Source of the DNA: Armatimonadia bacterium
GTDB taxonomy: Bacteria; Armatimonadota; Zipacnadia; Zipacnadales; JABUFB01
Length of the DNA stretch: 64,000 bases
Assembly (NCBI GenBank): GCA_039679385.1
Contig: JBDKVB010000017.1
Location: 5,399-69,398 of the forward strand
Direction: 5' to 3'
This document shows, piece by piece, positions 1-9,465 of the stretch. The notes under the pieces were generated by a model that saw only the letters and a list, made by a program, of their open reading frames with translations, did not search any database and was not told the origin of the DNA. How positions within the stretch are numbered: the first letter of the stretch is position 1; each line of letters begins with the position of its first letter. A program made the position numbers and the translations under genes.

Positions 1-2120
1 CCTCCCTCAAGCAGAGCCAGACGCTGACCTCGCTGACCTACACGTGCCGGGGTCCCGATCTGCCGGTGGAGGTCACCTATTCCTTCCATGCGCCCTTCTA
101 CCCGCAGGACCTGAAGCTGTGCGTCGCCCCGTACCTGCTGCTGGATGTGACCGTGCGCAACCTCACCTCGGCCGAGCGCAAAGGGACCGTTGTGGTCGGC
201 CAGTCCCTGCGCGGCACCGACACGGCCCAGGCGGCCCGGGGCAAGGGCTGCTTCGGCGTGCAGTACAACCTGCCGATCTTCCAGAAGCTCACGCAGCAGG
301 CCTGGCTGGTTGACCAGAAGGCTTCCGACGGGGTGACCGCTCACGTGGGGACCCTGGGGATCCCGGCCGGCGGCAAAGTGCAGAGCGCTGCAACGACGAC
401 CGACGCCGATGGTCGCACACAGCTCGCCTCGACCTGGGCCGACTCCGCCAGCGGCCTAACCTGGGACTTCACGGTGGCTCCCCAGGCCTCGTCGACGCGC
501 ACTTTCGCCTATGTGGGCTGGATGGGCGGGCAGATTCTTGAGGTCAAGGGCGTGCCGTACCACTTCAAGTACGCCGACCTGTTCACGGACCTGTTCGACG
601 TCGCCCGCTATGGCTTCGACCAGAGAGCGGAGATCGACCGGAAGGTCGCGCTCTTCGAGAGCACCGTTGCGGACTCCTCAGCCCCGAAGGCCCTGCGCGA
701 GTTTCTGGCCTTCAGCTTCCAGAGCTGGGTGCAGAACACGTTCTACTGCGCCGACCCGGAAGGCAAGGACTGGTTCAGTGTCTGGGAAGGCTGCTGCAAG
801 TTCCACTCGACGGTGGACGTGGAGTACAACGTCGCGCCGCTGTACTTCGACTACTGGCCGCAGTTGATGAAGCTGACCTTGCAGGAGTGGACGGGCTACA
901 TCCACGAGGGCATCCTGTCGCATGACATGGGGATGGGGCTCCAGGCCAACGGCATGAAGTACGGGCATGACATGGAGGTGGAGGAGAACACCAACTTCGT
1001 GCTGCTGCTGCACCAGTACTGGCGGCAGACCGGTGATACAGCGGCGCTCGAGGAGTTGTTCCCGGCGGCGCAGACGCTGCTGGATCACGTGACGGCCTGC
1101 GATACCGACGGCGACGGTTTCCACGAACTGGGGACCTACAACACCATCGACCAGGGCTCGGCAGCCGTCCAGTATGCGCAGAATCAGACCTATCTGGCGA
1201 TGCGGGCGCTGTGTGCCTATGTGTGCGGAGCGCAGATGGCGGAGAAGCTCGGCCAGACCGCCAAGGCGCAAGAGTGGGCACAGAAGGCCCAGGTCACGGC
1301 CAAGACTCTGAATGAACAGGCCTGGCAGGACGACCACTTTGTAGTGACCCTCAACAAGCAGCCACAGACTCAGGAGATCGCTGCCGCTACCGCGCCGGGG
1401 GGCAATGGCGACCCGGACTACGGCGGGCTGATGGAGGGCGAGTACAACGGCAACGGTGGCGGCTACCGGGGGAACAACGGACAGTACAACGGCGGCTACT
1501 CACAGTCCTATGCGCCGAAGCCGGTGCAGGGCTGGGACGGCTACTCGATCTACACCAGCAACGGGATGCTGTACCCGATGCGGGTCGGGCTGCAGGTGCC
1601 GGGGCTCGATCTGAATCGCCTGCGGACCGATCTCACCCGTGCAACCCTGGAGACCCTGAAGCGCTACGGGAGCCCGCACACTGACCGCGAGAACAACATG
1701 TGGGTGTCGCAGAACCTGTGGCGGGACATGGCGGCTGCCTATCTCGGCATGGACCTGTCGGATACCGTCCAGGGCTACTGGGACCTGGAGAAGTACATCA
1801 ACCGGGCGAAGCGGGGCTGCTTCACGGATGTGTATGTGTATGGCAATGACAGCATCTCGCTCGACTACTACCCCCGGGGAGTGGCGGCCTTCGGGTTGCT
1901 GCCTGCCCTGGCGGGGCTGCAGGTGGACAAGGTATCCGGCCTGGTGTCCGTGGCGCCGGTGCGCACGCCGCTGCGAGTGCCCCTTCTGACCTACGCCGAC
2001 TGGGCGGCGGAGAAGGTGCCCTGGCTGACCCTCGTGCCGAAGGACGGTCAGACGCAGGTGAGCGTCGACGGCCAGGTTCCGGTGCCGGTGAAGCTTCGTG
2101 AAGCCGGCAAGCCCTGGTAG
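1..2120 (+). CDS. Putative six-hairpin glycoside hydrolase-like protein, 5'-partial (frame continues off the window start); carries an internal Gly/Asn-rich low-complexity insert
   Basis: Frame 3 is open from nt 3 with no stop before 2120. Long protein with DTDGDGF / GTYNTIDQG alpha-toroid-like GH motifs; family not resolved. Followed by a hairpin. Confidence 0.55.
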   Translation, partial: SLKQSQTLTSLTYTCRGPDLPVEVTYSFHAPFYPQDLKLCVAPYLLLDVTVRNLTSAERKGTVVVGQSLRGTDTAQAARGKGCFGVQYNLPIFQKLTQQAWLVDQKASDGVTAHVGTLGIPAGGKVQSAATTTDADGRTQLASTWADSASGLTWDFTVAPQASSTRTFAYVGWMGGQILEVKGVPYHFKYADLFTDLFDVARYGFDQRAEIDRKVALFESTVADSSAPKALREFLAFSFQSWVQNTFYCADPEGKDWFSVWEGCCKFHSTVDVEYNVAPLYFDYWPQLMKLTLQEWTGYIHEGILSHDMGMGLQANGMKYGHDMEVEENTNFVLLLHQYWRQTGDTAALEELFPAAQTLLDHVTACDTDGDGFHELGTYNTIDQGSAAVQYAQNQTYLAMRALCAYVCGAQMAEKLGQTAKAQEWAQKAQVTAKTLNEQAWQDDHFVVTLNKQPQTQEIAAATAPGGNGDPDYGGLMEGEYNGNGGGYRGNNGQYNGGYSQSYAPKPVQGWDGYSIYTSNGMLYPMRVGLQVPGLDLNRLRTDLTRATLETLKRYGSPHTDRENNMWVSQNLWRDMAAAYLGMDLSDTVQGYWDLEKYINRAKRGCFTDVYVYGNDSISLDYYPRGVAAFGLLPALAGLQVDKVSGLVSVAPVRTPLRVPLLTYADWAAEKVPWLTLVPKDGQTQVSVDGQVPVPVKLREAGKPW

Positions 2121-2146
2121 CAGGCCGGTCGGCAAGGAGACCCTTG

Positions 2147-2180
2147 AGCGCCCCTTCTTGACGGAGGGGCGCTTTGCTTT
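2147..2180 (+). terminator. Candidate intrinsic terminator after the GH gene (9-bp stem agcgcccct/aggggcgct, 9-nt loop, T-rich tail ttgcttt)
   Basis: Inverted repeat read directly from the sequence, 27 nt after the stop at 2120. Confidence 0.35.
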
Positions 2181-2279
2181 GGGACGCCAAGAAAGATACA
2201 TGGCGGCGCCAAGGACTCGCAAAGCATCAATAAGAGAGGCTTGCAGGCGTCAACACCCCACCTGTGGAGGAGAGCCTGC

Positions 2280-2906
2280 ATGCCTAGTGAGACCTACCGT
2301 CAGGACATGATCGACCGTGTCGTCGCCCACGCCCTTGCTGCCGTGAAGGCCAGCCAGGACGGGAAGACGCACCTCGTGCTCGGAGATGGGATGACATCTC
2401 AGCGTCTGAGTCTGCGCGAGGGAGGCTACTGCGCCCGGTTTGTGCGGCAGGTGTATGAGACCGGCTGCGAGTTCGGCGAGGGACGCTGGCGCTATGCCGC
2501 CGGGACTGCGCTGGAGATGTGCAAGAAACTCGCCGACGACAAGCACGAGGTGGCCGACGGCTCGCTGACGCCGGGGGACATCGTCGGCATCAACCGCAAC
2601 TGCGGCGCCTATGGTCACGTGGCGCTGTACGTGGGCAAGATCCAGGGCAAGGACATGATCGCTGAGAACACCAGCAGCGGCACTCGCGGGAACCCTCGCC
2701 GCGCTGGGACGAAGCTGACACCCTTCGAGGAGTTGCGGCCGCGGATCACCGGGGTCTACCGGCTGCTCACGGGAGTAAAGGCGGCACACTGGCCGGGATT
2801 CCGCGCCTTCCTGTACTCGGGGAAGCAGTGCCAGGAGATCGAGCTCATGCCCAACGGCGACCACCGTCTCGACCAGGGGAAGACCTACTGGCGGCTGCGC
2901 CAGTAG
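2280..2906 (+). CDS. CHAP / NlpC-P60-like cysteine peptidase or amidase (likely cell-wall hydrolase)
   Basis: Start chosen at the ATG 7 nt after GGAGGAG. Conserved Cys (GGYCARFVRQV) and His (GAYGHVALYVG) spacing typical of the CHAP papain-like fold. Confidence 0.6.
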   Translation: MPSETYRQDMIDRVVAHALAAVKASQDGKTHLVLGDGMTSQRLSLREGGYCARFVRQVYETGCEFGEGRWRYAAGTALEMCKKLADDKHEVADGSLTPGDIVGINRNCGAYGHVALYVGKIQGKDMIAENTSSGTRGNPRRAGTKLTPFEELRPRITGVYRLLTGVKAAHWPGFRAFLYSGKQCQEIELMPNGDHRLDQGKTYWRLRQ

Positions 2907-3020
2907 GAGCCGGAGAAGTGTCCGGCTCCCGAAGACCGGGCAGAGGAACTGCGAGGGCCGAAGGGGCCACCCCAGGGTGGTGACTCCTTCGGCCCTCTGG
3001 TTAGCCCAAGAAGGGTCAGG

Positions 3021-4643
3021 TCAGGCTCCGAGAACGGTTCCGACTCCGGGATGGCGATTGGCGCTGCCGTCGATGGTGACGACGCCGTTCACCAGCACGT
3101 AACGAATCCCCAGCGGGTACCGATGCGGGTCCTGGTAGGTCGCGGTGTCCAGCAGCGACTGGGGATCGAAGACCACGAGGTCGGCCTTCATCCCCTCGCG
3201 GATCAGCCCGCGGTCGGTGAGTCCGAGACGAGAGGCGGGGAGACTCGTACACTTGCGCACGGCCTCCGAGATCGTCATGAGGCCTTCGTCCCGAGCGTAT
3301 CGGCCGATCACTCGCGGGAAGGTGCCATAGGCGCGGGGATGTGGCTTGCCGCGTGACAGCGGGCCGTAGGGTGCGAAGACCAGGCTATCGGTGCCGACGC
3401 AGCCCAGGGGATGCTTCAGACAGGTGCGCATGACCTCTTCGCTTTGCGAGAACTGCACGATGCTCACATGGCCGTTCTCGGCAACCAGCAGGTCGAAGGA
3501 GACGTCGAGCGGATCGGCGTCCTTCTCCTGAGCGATCTGGGTGAGTGACTTGCCGACCGTCCACTGGTTCTCGGGTGTCGCGACCTCGGTGATGACCAGA
3601 CCGTCGAAGTCCATCTGGAAGATCCCGGGGTCGTCGCTGCCGGCCTTCCACTCCTCCAGCTCGTCGCGGAGTCGCTGACGGCAGTCAGGGTCCTGCAGTC
3701 GGGCCATGACAGCCTCGTTGCCGCCGTCATGCACCCAGGCGGGCAAGGACCCGGAGAGGTGTCGGCTGCCCGCGGTGTAGGGGTAGACATCGAAGCCGAC
3801 ATCGATCCCCTCCTGATGGGCGGCCTCGACGACTTCCATCGCCGGAGGCAGGTTGCCCCACCAGCGCTTGCCGGAAGCCTTGAAGTGGTCGATCTGCAGG
3901 CGCAGCGGGGCTAGGGAGCTGACACGCCGAGCGATACCGATCATCGCCTCGACACTCTCGACCAGCTTGGAGCCCTCGCTGCGCAGGTGTACGGTGAAGA
4001 GCTTGCCCTTCCGTGCGGCGACCTCGGCGAGGGCTTCGACCTCATCGTCGGCGGCGAAGCTGCCCAGTGGATAGGCAAGCCCGACGGAGATGCCAAGGGC
4101 GCCTTCATCGAGGGCCTCTGCACCTACTGCGGCAATCCCGGCGATCTCCTTCGGCGTGGCAGGCCGGTTGTCGAAACCCATCACCCAGGCGCGTAGAGCG
4201 CTGTGACCGACTAGCTGGCCGACGCTGATGCTCGGACGGGCGGTAGCCACTCGGGACAGGTACTCGGAGGTGCGCAGCCAGGTCCAGGCCGGCTTCTCAG
4301 TGATGAAGGGGCACAGGGCATCGAGTTCGTCCTGCCGGCCCGCGCGCACCGGGAAGGGGGTGAACCCGCACTGGCCATTGACCTCCAGCGTCACTCCCTG
4401 CCGGACCTTGCTCTCCGCCGCCGGGTTCACAAGAATCGTGAAGTCCGAGTGGCTGTGTAGGTCGATGAAGCCGGGACTGACTGCGAGCCCCGGAGCCTCG
4501 AGAGTCTGAGTGGCCGAGGCCTGCGGGAGCGTGCCCACGGCTTTGATGGTGTCGCCGACGATCCCCACATCGCCGGTCCGCGGCGGAGCGCCGGTGCCGT
4601 CGAGAATCTGCGCCCCGCGGACCAGAACGTCGAACTGTGGCAT
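3021..4643 (-). CDS. N-acyl-D-amino-acid deacylase (D-aminoacylase), amidohydrolase superfamily
   Basis: 540 aa. N-terminal GFIDLHSHSD metal-binding motif. Full-length similarity to D-aminoacylases (VNGVVTIDG C-terminal beta-sandwich). Confidence 0.85.
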   Translation of the reverse strand: MPQFDVLVRGAQILDGTGAPPRTGDVGIVGDTIKAVGTLPQASATQTLEAPGLAVSPGFIDLHSHSDFTILVNPAAESKVRQGVTLEVNGQCGFTPFPVRAGRQDELDALCPFITEKPAWTWLRTSEYLSRVATARPSISVGQLVGHSALRAWVMGFDNRPATPKEIAGIAAVGAEALDEGALGISVGLAYPLGSFAADDEVEALAEVAARKGKLFTVHLRSEGSKLVESVEAMIGIARRVSSLAPLRLQIDHFKASGKRWWGNLPPAMEVVEAAHQEGIDVGFDVYPYTAGSRHLSGSLPAWVHDGGNEAVMARLQDPDCRQRLRDELEEWKAGSDDPGIFQMDFDGLVITEVATPENQWTVGKSLTQIAQEKDADPLDVSFDLLVAENGHVSIVQFSQSEEVMRTCLKHPLGCVGTDSLVFAPYGPLSRGKPHPRAYGTFPRVIGRYARDEGLMTISEAVRKCTSLPASRLGLTDRGLIREGMKADLVVFDPQSLLDTATYQDPHRYPLGIRYVLVNGVVTIDGSANRHPGVGTVLGA

Positions 4644-5338
4644 TACTTATCCCCTGATTCCTCGCGGCTCCTGAAGGCTCGAATGACGATATCGGCCGCC
4701 TGCTCAATGGTGAAGTGCTCGGTGTTGATGACAAGGTCATAGCCCATCGGGTTGGAGGGATCGCAGCCGAAGCGCCCCCGGACGAACTGGTAGCGTTCGT
4801 GGTCGCTCTCGAGCACCTTCCGCCGGGCGGTCTTCAGGTCCATATCGTGCAACTCGGCGATACGGGCTACCCGCAGGGCCTCCGGGGCAAGGATGCGCAC
4901 GCGGAAGGAGTCCTGCAGGATGCAGGTAGCAGCTCGGCCCACGATCACAGCCTTCCCCTGCTTGGAGATCTGCTTCATCACCTTGACCAGTGTGCGCAGA
5001 TAGGTGGTCTCCGTAGGTCTGTGGCCCTCAAGCAGTTGCAGCAAGAGATTGCTGACGACGTCGGGGCTGTGCTCATCATGCTGCCGAACGTGGGCCACGT
5101 CGATTCCGGCCGTCTCGGCCACGTGGTCGATGAGCTCCTTGTCGTAGAACCTGAAGTCGAGTTCCCGGGCCACCAGACTGGCCACGTTGGTGCCGCCACT
5201 TCCCCACTGGCGCGAGATGGTGATCACATCGCGCCCGGCGCCATGGATGACAGTATCTCTTTCGAACCGCTGGTGCAGCCTTTGGTCAATCTCCCAGCGC
5301 CGCATCTGTCTGCCGACCAAGTGCTCATGGACTTCCAC
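4643..5338 (-). CDS. Cytidylate kinase-like family protein (P-loop NTPase, COG1102-like)
   Basis: ITISRQWGSGGTNVASLVARELDFRFYDKELI motif. Its stop overlaps the D-aminoacylase start in a TAATG junction, indicating translational coupling. Confidence 0.7.
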   Translation of the reverse strand: MEVHEHLVGRQMRRWEIDQRLHQRFERDTVIHGAGRDVITISRQWGSGGTNVASLVARELDFRFYDKELIDHVAETAGIDVAHVRQHDEHSPDVVSNLLLQLLEGHRPTETTYLRTLVKVMKQISKQGKAVIVGRAATCILQDSFRVRILAPEALRVARIAELHDMDLKTARRKVLESDHERYQFVRGRFGCDPSNPMGYDLVINTEHFTIEQAADIVIRAFRSREESGDK

Positions 5339-5454
5339 CGTCGGTCACCTTCTTTCCCTGGGCTGACCGCTGGACGAAGCCTCACTTCAAGGGTCTGGGG
5401 CTCTGTAAGTGCAACCAGTTGCGAGTCGAGTTTACCCGGAATCTGCGGCGGTAC

Positions 5455-6312
5455 CTACCAGGCAGTCCAGCCTCCTTCGAGCGGGAGGTTCGCCCCGGTG
5501 ACGTACGCCGAGGCCTCCGACGCCAGGAACAGTGCGACGCCCTTGATGTCCTCTTCCCCGGCCATGCGCCCCAGGGGCGTGCGCCGGCAGTAGTTGTCCA
5601 CGAACTCCTGGGGCTGGTTGCTGAAGTATCCGCCGGGGCTGATTGCGTTCACGCGAACTCCGCGGGGAGCATAGAAGGCGGCCAGGTAGCGAGTGAGGTT
5701 GATCAGGCCTCCCTTGGCAAAGGCGTACTCGGCTGGATTCTTCATGCCCGTGCTGCCGTAGACGTCGAACTGTGGGCCGACCATTCCGTAGATAGAAGCG
5801 ATGTTGATGATGCTTCCGGTTCCCCGGGGGCCAATCTGACCGCCGGCGCCGACGGTGCCCTCAGGACGCGAGACAGCGATGACCTCGCCCAGGAGGCGAG
5901 TGGCTAGCAAGATCCCGGTGGAGTTGACTTTGAGGGTCTCCTCCCACTGCGCGGCACTGACGGTCGAGAAGTCGCCGCCGGTGGAGCGTGCGACCGCGTT
6001 GTTGACCAGAACGTCGAGACGGCCGTAGTCGGCCATCAGATGGTCGGCGAGGGCTTTGACTGATTCCTCGTCGGCGATGTCCACCTGCGCTGCGACCCCA
6101 TCAAGGTTCTGGGCCCGAAGCTCGGCCGCCTTCTGTTCGCAGGTGTCGAGGCTGCGGGAGGCGATGACGACCTTCGCCCCGGCCTCAGCGAGGGCGGTGC
6201 TGATGCCCGATCCGTACATTCCGGCGCCGCCGGTGACGACGGCGACTCGGCCCTCCAGAGAGTAAAGCTCGCCCACTTTGCGGGGCGCCCCGAAACTGTG
6301 TCGACTGTCCAT
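5455..6312 (-). CDS. Short-chain dehydrogenase/reductase (SDR) family oxidoreductase
   Basis: VAVVTGGAGMYGSGI Rossmann motif; NNAV; YxxxK (YAFAKGG). Start trimmed to the ATG at 6312, preceded by AAAGGAG with 8-nt spacing. Confidence 0.85.
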   Translation of the reverse strand: MDSRHSFGAPRKVGELYSLEGRVAVVTGGAGMYGSGISTALAEAGAKVVIASRSLDTCEQKAAELRAQNLDGVAAQVDIADEESVKALADHLMADYGRLDVLVNNAVARSTGGDFSTVSAAQWEETLKVNSTGILLATRLLGEVIAVSRPEGTVGAGGQIGPRGTGSIINIASIYGMVGPQFDVYGSTGMKNPAEYAFAKGGLINLTRYLAAFYAPRGVRVNAISPGGYFSNQPQEFVDNYCRRTPLGRMAGEEDIKGVALFLASEASAYVTGANLPLEGGWTAW

Positions 6313-6584
6313 TGCGGCGGCTCCTTTGACTGCCCGGCAGTGCTCGGGCTGCGGGTTTCTGCAGTCCGCCCTACGCACTGAGGGTCTGTCCATCGGTATC
6401 CTCAGTGCCGAGGGCACCTTTCGTCATCAGGTGGCAGCCATCCTGCCTCAAGGCCGGGACAGGTACTGTTCTGGCTGGATGCGGAAGATTGCCCGGATAC
6501 AGGAAGGACCCAGGCGCCTGGACGCCGAAACGTCCTCTGCAAATCGCTGTGTGGCACAGGGACCCGTACCAGGAGGTTGATCTC

Positions 6585-7892
6585 GTGTCGACGGACGTCT
6601 ATCCCAGTGAGATGGAGAACCTGCTTCAGAACGTTGAGCCCCAGACGCGGTCTGTGTGGCTCATGGAACGGGCAGGTGAGAGGTTAGGTCTTCCCACCCA
6701 CGAGATCCACGAGTTGGTCGCCCCGCAGCAGGTGACGGCCTTCCGGATCCCGTGCAAGATACTCGGGAAGGTCGTGAACTTCTGGGGCTGCCTGTCGCTA
6801 CACAACTCGGCGCGTGGTCCCTTCAAGGGCGGGATTCGTCTCGCCTCGGACGTGACCATCTGGGAGACGATTGAGCTCTCTCGGCTGATGACACTCAAGT
6901 GCGCCGTGTGTGACGTGGAGTTCGGCGGCGGCAAGACGGGCATCCGGGTCGACATGGCCCAGATGTACGAGCTCTTCGGCCGCAAGCCGCGCGACCTGGC
7001 CTTTGAGAAGATCATCTCGCTGGACGCCGTGGAGTACTACGCGCAGCACTTCCGCGATGTCTTCAGCAGGCACACCTACATCCCTGCCCCCGACATGGGC
7101 ACCGGGCCGGATGAGATGGCCTTCATCTACAACGAGACCCAGGACCCGGCGTCGGTCACGGGCAAGGGTGACGGAGTACAGGGTTGGCTGCCGGGTCGTA
7201 AGGAGAGCACGGGGATCGGCTGCTCCTATGTGACTTTGCGGATGCTGCAGGAGGGGCTCGGCATCGATCCTGCCGGGGCGTCGGTGGCGATCCAGGGCTT
7301 CGGCAACGTTGGCCGCCCACTGGCCGTCGACCTGGCAGCCCACGGGTGCCGCATCGTGGCGATCACGGACCTGTATGGCGGCGTCTATAACTCTGACGGT
7401 CTCGACATCGATGGGCTGCTGGAGCATTTCGGTAAGGAGGCCACGGTCGGGGGCTTTGCCGGAGGTCAGCCGATGGAGGGCAAGAGTCTGTTCCGTGTCG
7501 AGGCGGATGCGGTGATTCCGGCGGCAGCAGGCGGCGTCATCAACCAGGAGGTTGCCTCTGAGCTGGCGGCGCGGTGCGTGGTGGAAGCCGCCAACATGCC
7601 CACGACTGTGCAGGGCATGCAGGTGCTCGAGGAGCGCAAGATTCCGGTCGTGCCGGATATCCTGGCCAACGCCGGCGGCGTGATCGCGTCGATGCTCGAG
7701 TACTCGAGCTCGCTGTCGGCGATCAAGCCGAGCCGGGAGGGCGTATATCAGGTGGTGCGGGAGAAGATCGGCGAGAACTTCGACCTGGCGTCGGAACGGT
7801 GCCGGAGCGAACAGGTGAGTCTGACACAGGCTGCGGTGGAAATCGCCGTAGAACGGGTATACAAGGTAATGAAGGGACGGCGAATGCTCTAG
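6585..7892 (+). CDS. gdh: Glutamate dehydrogenase (Glu/Leu/Phe/Val dehydrogenase family)
   Basis: KGGIRLASDVTIWETIELSRLMTLKCAV...FGGGKTGI catalytic-lysine region; C-terminal NAD(P) Rossmann GFGNVG. GTG start at 6585, 8 nt after AGGAGG. About 435 aa. Confidence 0.85.
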   Translation: MSTDVYPSEMENLLQNVEPQTRSVWLMERAGERLGLPTHEIHELVAPQQVTAFRIPCKILGKVVNFWGCLSLHNSARGPFKGGIRLASDVTIWETIELSRLMTLKCAVCDVEFGGGKTGIRVDMAQMYELFGRKPRDLAFEKIISLDAVEYYAQHFRDVFSRHTYIPAPDMGTGPDEMAFIYNETQDPASVTGKGDGVQGWLPGRKESTGIGCSYVTLRMLQEGLGIDPAGASVAIQGFGNVGRPLAVDLAAHGCRIVAITDLYGGVYNSDGLDIDGLLEHFGKEATVGGFAGGQPMEGKSLFRVEADAVIPAAAGGVINQEVASELAARCVVEAANMPTTVQGMQVLEERKIPVVPDILANAGGVIASMLEYSSSLSAIKPSREGVYQVVREKIGENFDLASERCRSEQVSLTQAAVEIAVERVYKVMKGRRML

Positions 7893-8058
7893 CCGGGCGT
7901 TTTGGCCTGAGAGGGCCTGGCTCGGAGCGAGTTCCCCGGCCTTGCAGCAAGGTCAGTGGCGGCAGGGCGCGGAATAGGTCTGGTGCAGAGCCGCCGGGAC
8001 GCCTGGCCGGGGCGTATGTTACCGGCTTGTGGAAGCCGTTTGCAGGGCGGAGGCATGC

Positions 8059-8087
8059 TGGACAGTTGTGCCGAATACTGCTATTCT
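8059..8087 (+). promoter_or_regulatory. Candidate sigma70-type promoter (TGGACA-N17-TATTCT) for the low-complexity protein locus
   Basis: Hexamers and 17-nt spacing read from the sequence. The predicted TSS near 8094 leaves room for a GGGAGG RBS at 8133-8138. Confidence 0.35.
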
Positions 8088-8146
8088 AGCACATAGAACA
8101 AATGGCGGACGCATCGCTTGCGTACCCCACTTGGGAGGCGAGCCTC

Positions 8147-9223
8147 TTGCGGTGCCCACTTACCGGTACTGTGCTACTTCTGTGCGTAATTCTGAGCGTA
8201 GGTTACGCGCAGGAGGTCAAGGTCGAGTATTTCGCGGCGGACCCGGCAAAAGCGATTGACCTGAATGCTCCAGACCTCAAGAGCGAGATGCTCGATCTGG
8301 GCATTGTCATCGCGAATGTGTCGGACAATGCGGCGGTAATGGACCAGGTCCTGGCCCAGACCCGCGAGAAGCCGGTGAAAGCGGTCTGCTACGCGGTACG
8401 GATCACCAACCAGACCGGTAGCCCGATTCCGCTGAGCTACGACACCGTCAATCTTGCCTCGGGAACCTGGCAAGAGGTGGACGCTGACTTCACCAATCCC
8501 ACCTTCGACAAGGCGAGTCCGGTGACGGAGTGGGCCGGTGCGAAGTCTATCTTCGCCAAGGGCAAGACCCTTGCGGATGGCGCGACGGTGGACGGTGTGG
8601 TGTTCTACGAGCTGCCCAAGGAGACCGCGTCGACCGGCGGGATGCTGGGCGCTTCCATGGGCTCTGGGATGGACATGGGCGGCATGATGGCGGCAGCCCC
8701 GGCGCCGCAGGAGCCGCCACGCCGCATCCAGTACGTTGCGCCCGCGTCCCTGAAGGTCAAGGCTGCCGAGCCGCGTGAGGCACCGGATCTTCTGCAGGAC
8801 CTCGACCTGGAGTGGACGAGCGTTTCGTCGCTCAGCGCGCCTCCGGGTGGCAAGCCCCGGATCTTCCCGGGCATGGGCAATGTGGATGACAACACGCCCC
8901 TGCGCGTGGGGACGCCGGGTGCTCTGAAGGCCGCTCCGAAGAGCCCGGTTGAGGCCAGCGTGAACCTTGTGGGCGAGCAGCCGGCAGCCGGAATGGGTGG
9001 CATGCCTGGGATGTCGGGCATGGGCGGCAGCATGGACATGATGGGGATGCCCAGCGGAATGCCCGGGATGCCTGGAATGCCTGGTATGGGCGGCGGCATG
9101 CCGGGGATGCCCGGAGCGCCTGGTGGTCCGGAGATGGCGCCCGGTGCGCCGTCTATGCCTGGCGAGATCCCGGAAACAGGCGGAAAGCGTCCGCGTCGCC
9201 CAGGTGCGGGGCCGGAAGAATAG
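8147..9223 (+). CDS. Secreted hypothetical protein with a C-terminal Met/Gly/Pro-rich low-complexity tail (MPGMPGMPG, MGGM repeats)
   Basis: TTG start 8 nt after GGGAGG gives the signal peptide MRCPLTGTVLLLCVILSVGYA-QEV; the ATG at 8102 is the alternative. Last ~70 aa are almost only M, G, P, S, A. No recognisable domain. Confidence 0.6.
   Translation: MRCPLTGTVLLLCVILSVGYAQEVKVEYFAADPAKAIDLNAPDLKSEMLDLGIVIANVSDNAAVMDQVLAQTREKPVKAVCYAVRITNQTGSPIPLSYDTVNLASGTWQEVDADFTNPTFDKASPVTEWAGAKSIFAKGKTLADGATVDGVVFYELPKETASTGGMLGASMGSGMDMGGMMAAAPAPQEPPRRIQYVAPASLKVKAAEPREAPDLLQDLDLEWTSVSSLSAPPGGKPRIFPGMGNVDDNTPLRVGTPGALKAAPKSPVEASVNLVGEQPAAGMGGMPGMSGMGGSMDMMGMPSGMPGMPGMPGMGGGMPGMPGAPGGPEMAPGAPSMPGEIPETGGKRPRRPGAGPEE
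9049..9115 (+). repeat. 9-bp periodic tandem repeat (ATGCCnGGn) encoding MPG/MGG units
   Basis: Direct reading: agcggaatgcccgggatgcctggaatgcctggtatgggcggcggcatgccggggatgcccgga. A similar repeat (cccggaatg x2) occurs at 9541-9585 in the next gene. Confidence 0.7.
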
Positions 9224-9465
9224 CTAAAGGCGGGTCGCCGTTGAGGTGTGCCCACCGTGGGGCTCGAAGTAGCCCGCTGCCACAAGAAGAGTCGCAGGGA
9301 CCGCCAGCCTGGCAACGGGCTGGTGCCTGCGGTTGTAGCCTAGTGTGATGTTGCACGGACGGCACGAAGCTCCCGGTCGTGGCCGTCTGAAAGAGGTGTA
9401 CCGACGTTGCTCCCGCGGCCTCTGTCGCCGCGACCTCCGATGCAGAACGCAGGGAGAGCTGACCG

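Noticed and set aside
678-1337. 219-aa and 168-aa minus-strand ORFs antisense to the GH gene (similar antisense ORFs occur throughout: 19734-22325 at 863 aa, 23506-24684, 24709-25974, 34813-35201 and others)
   Set aside because: High-GC genomes yield long stop-free antisense frames. These translations are Arg/Pro/Gly-rich, match no motif, and each is fully overlapped by a sense-strand gene with clear family signatures.
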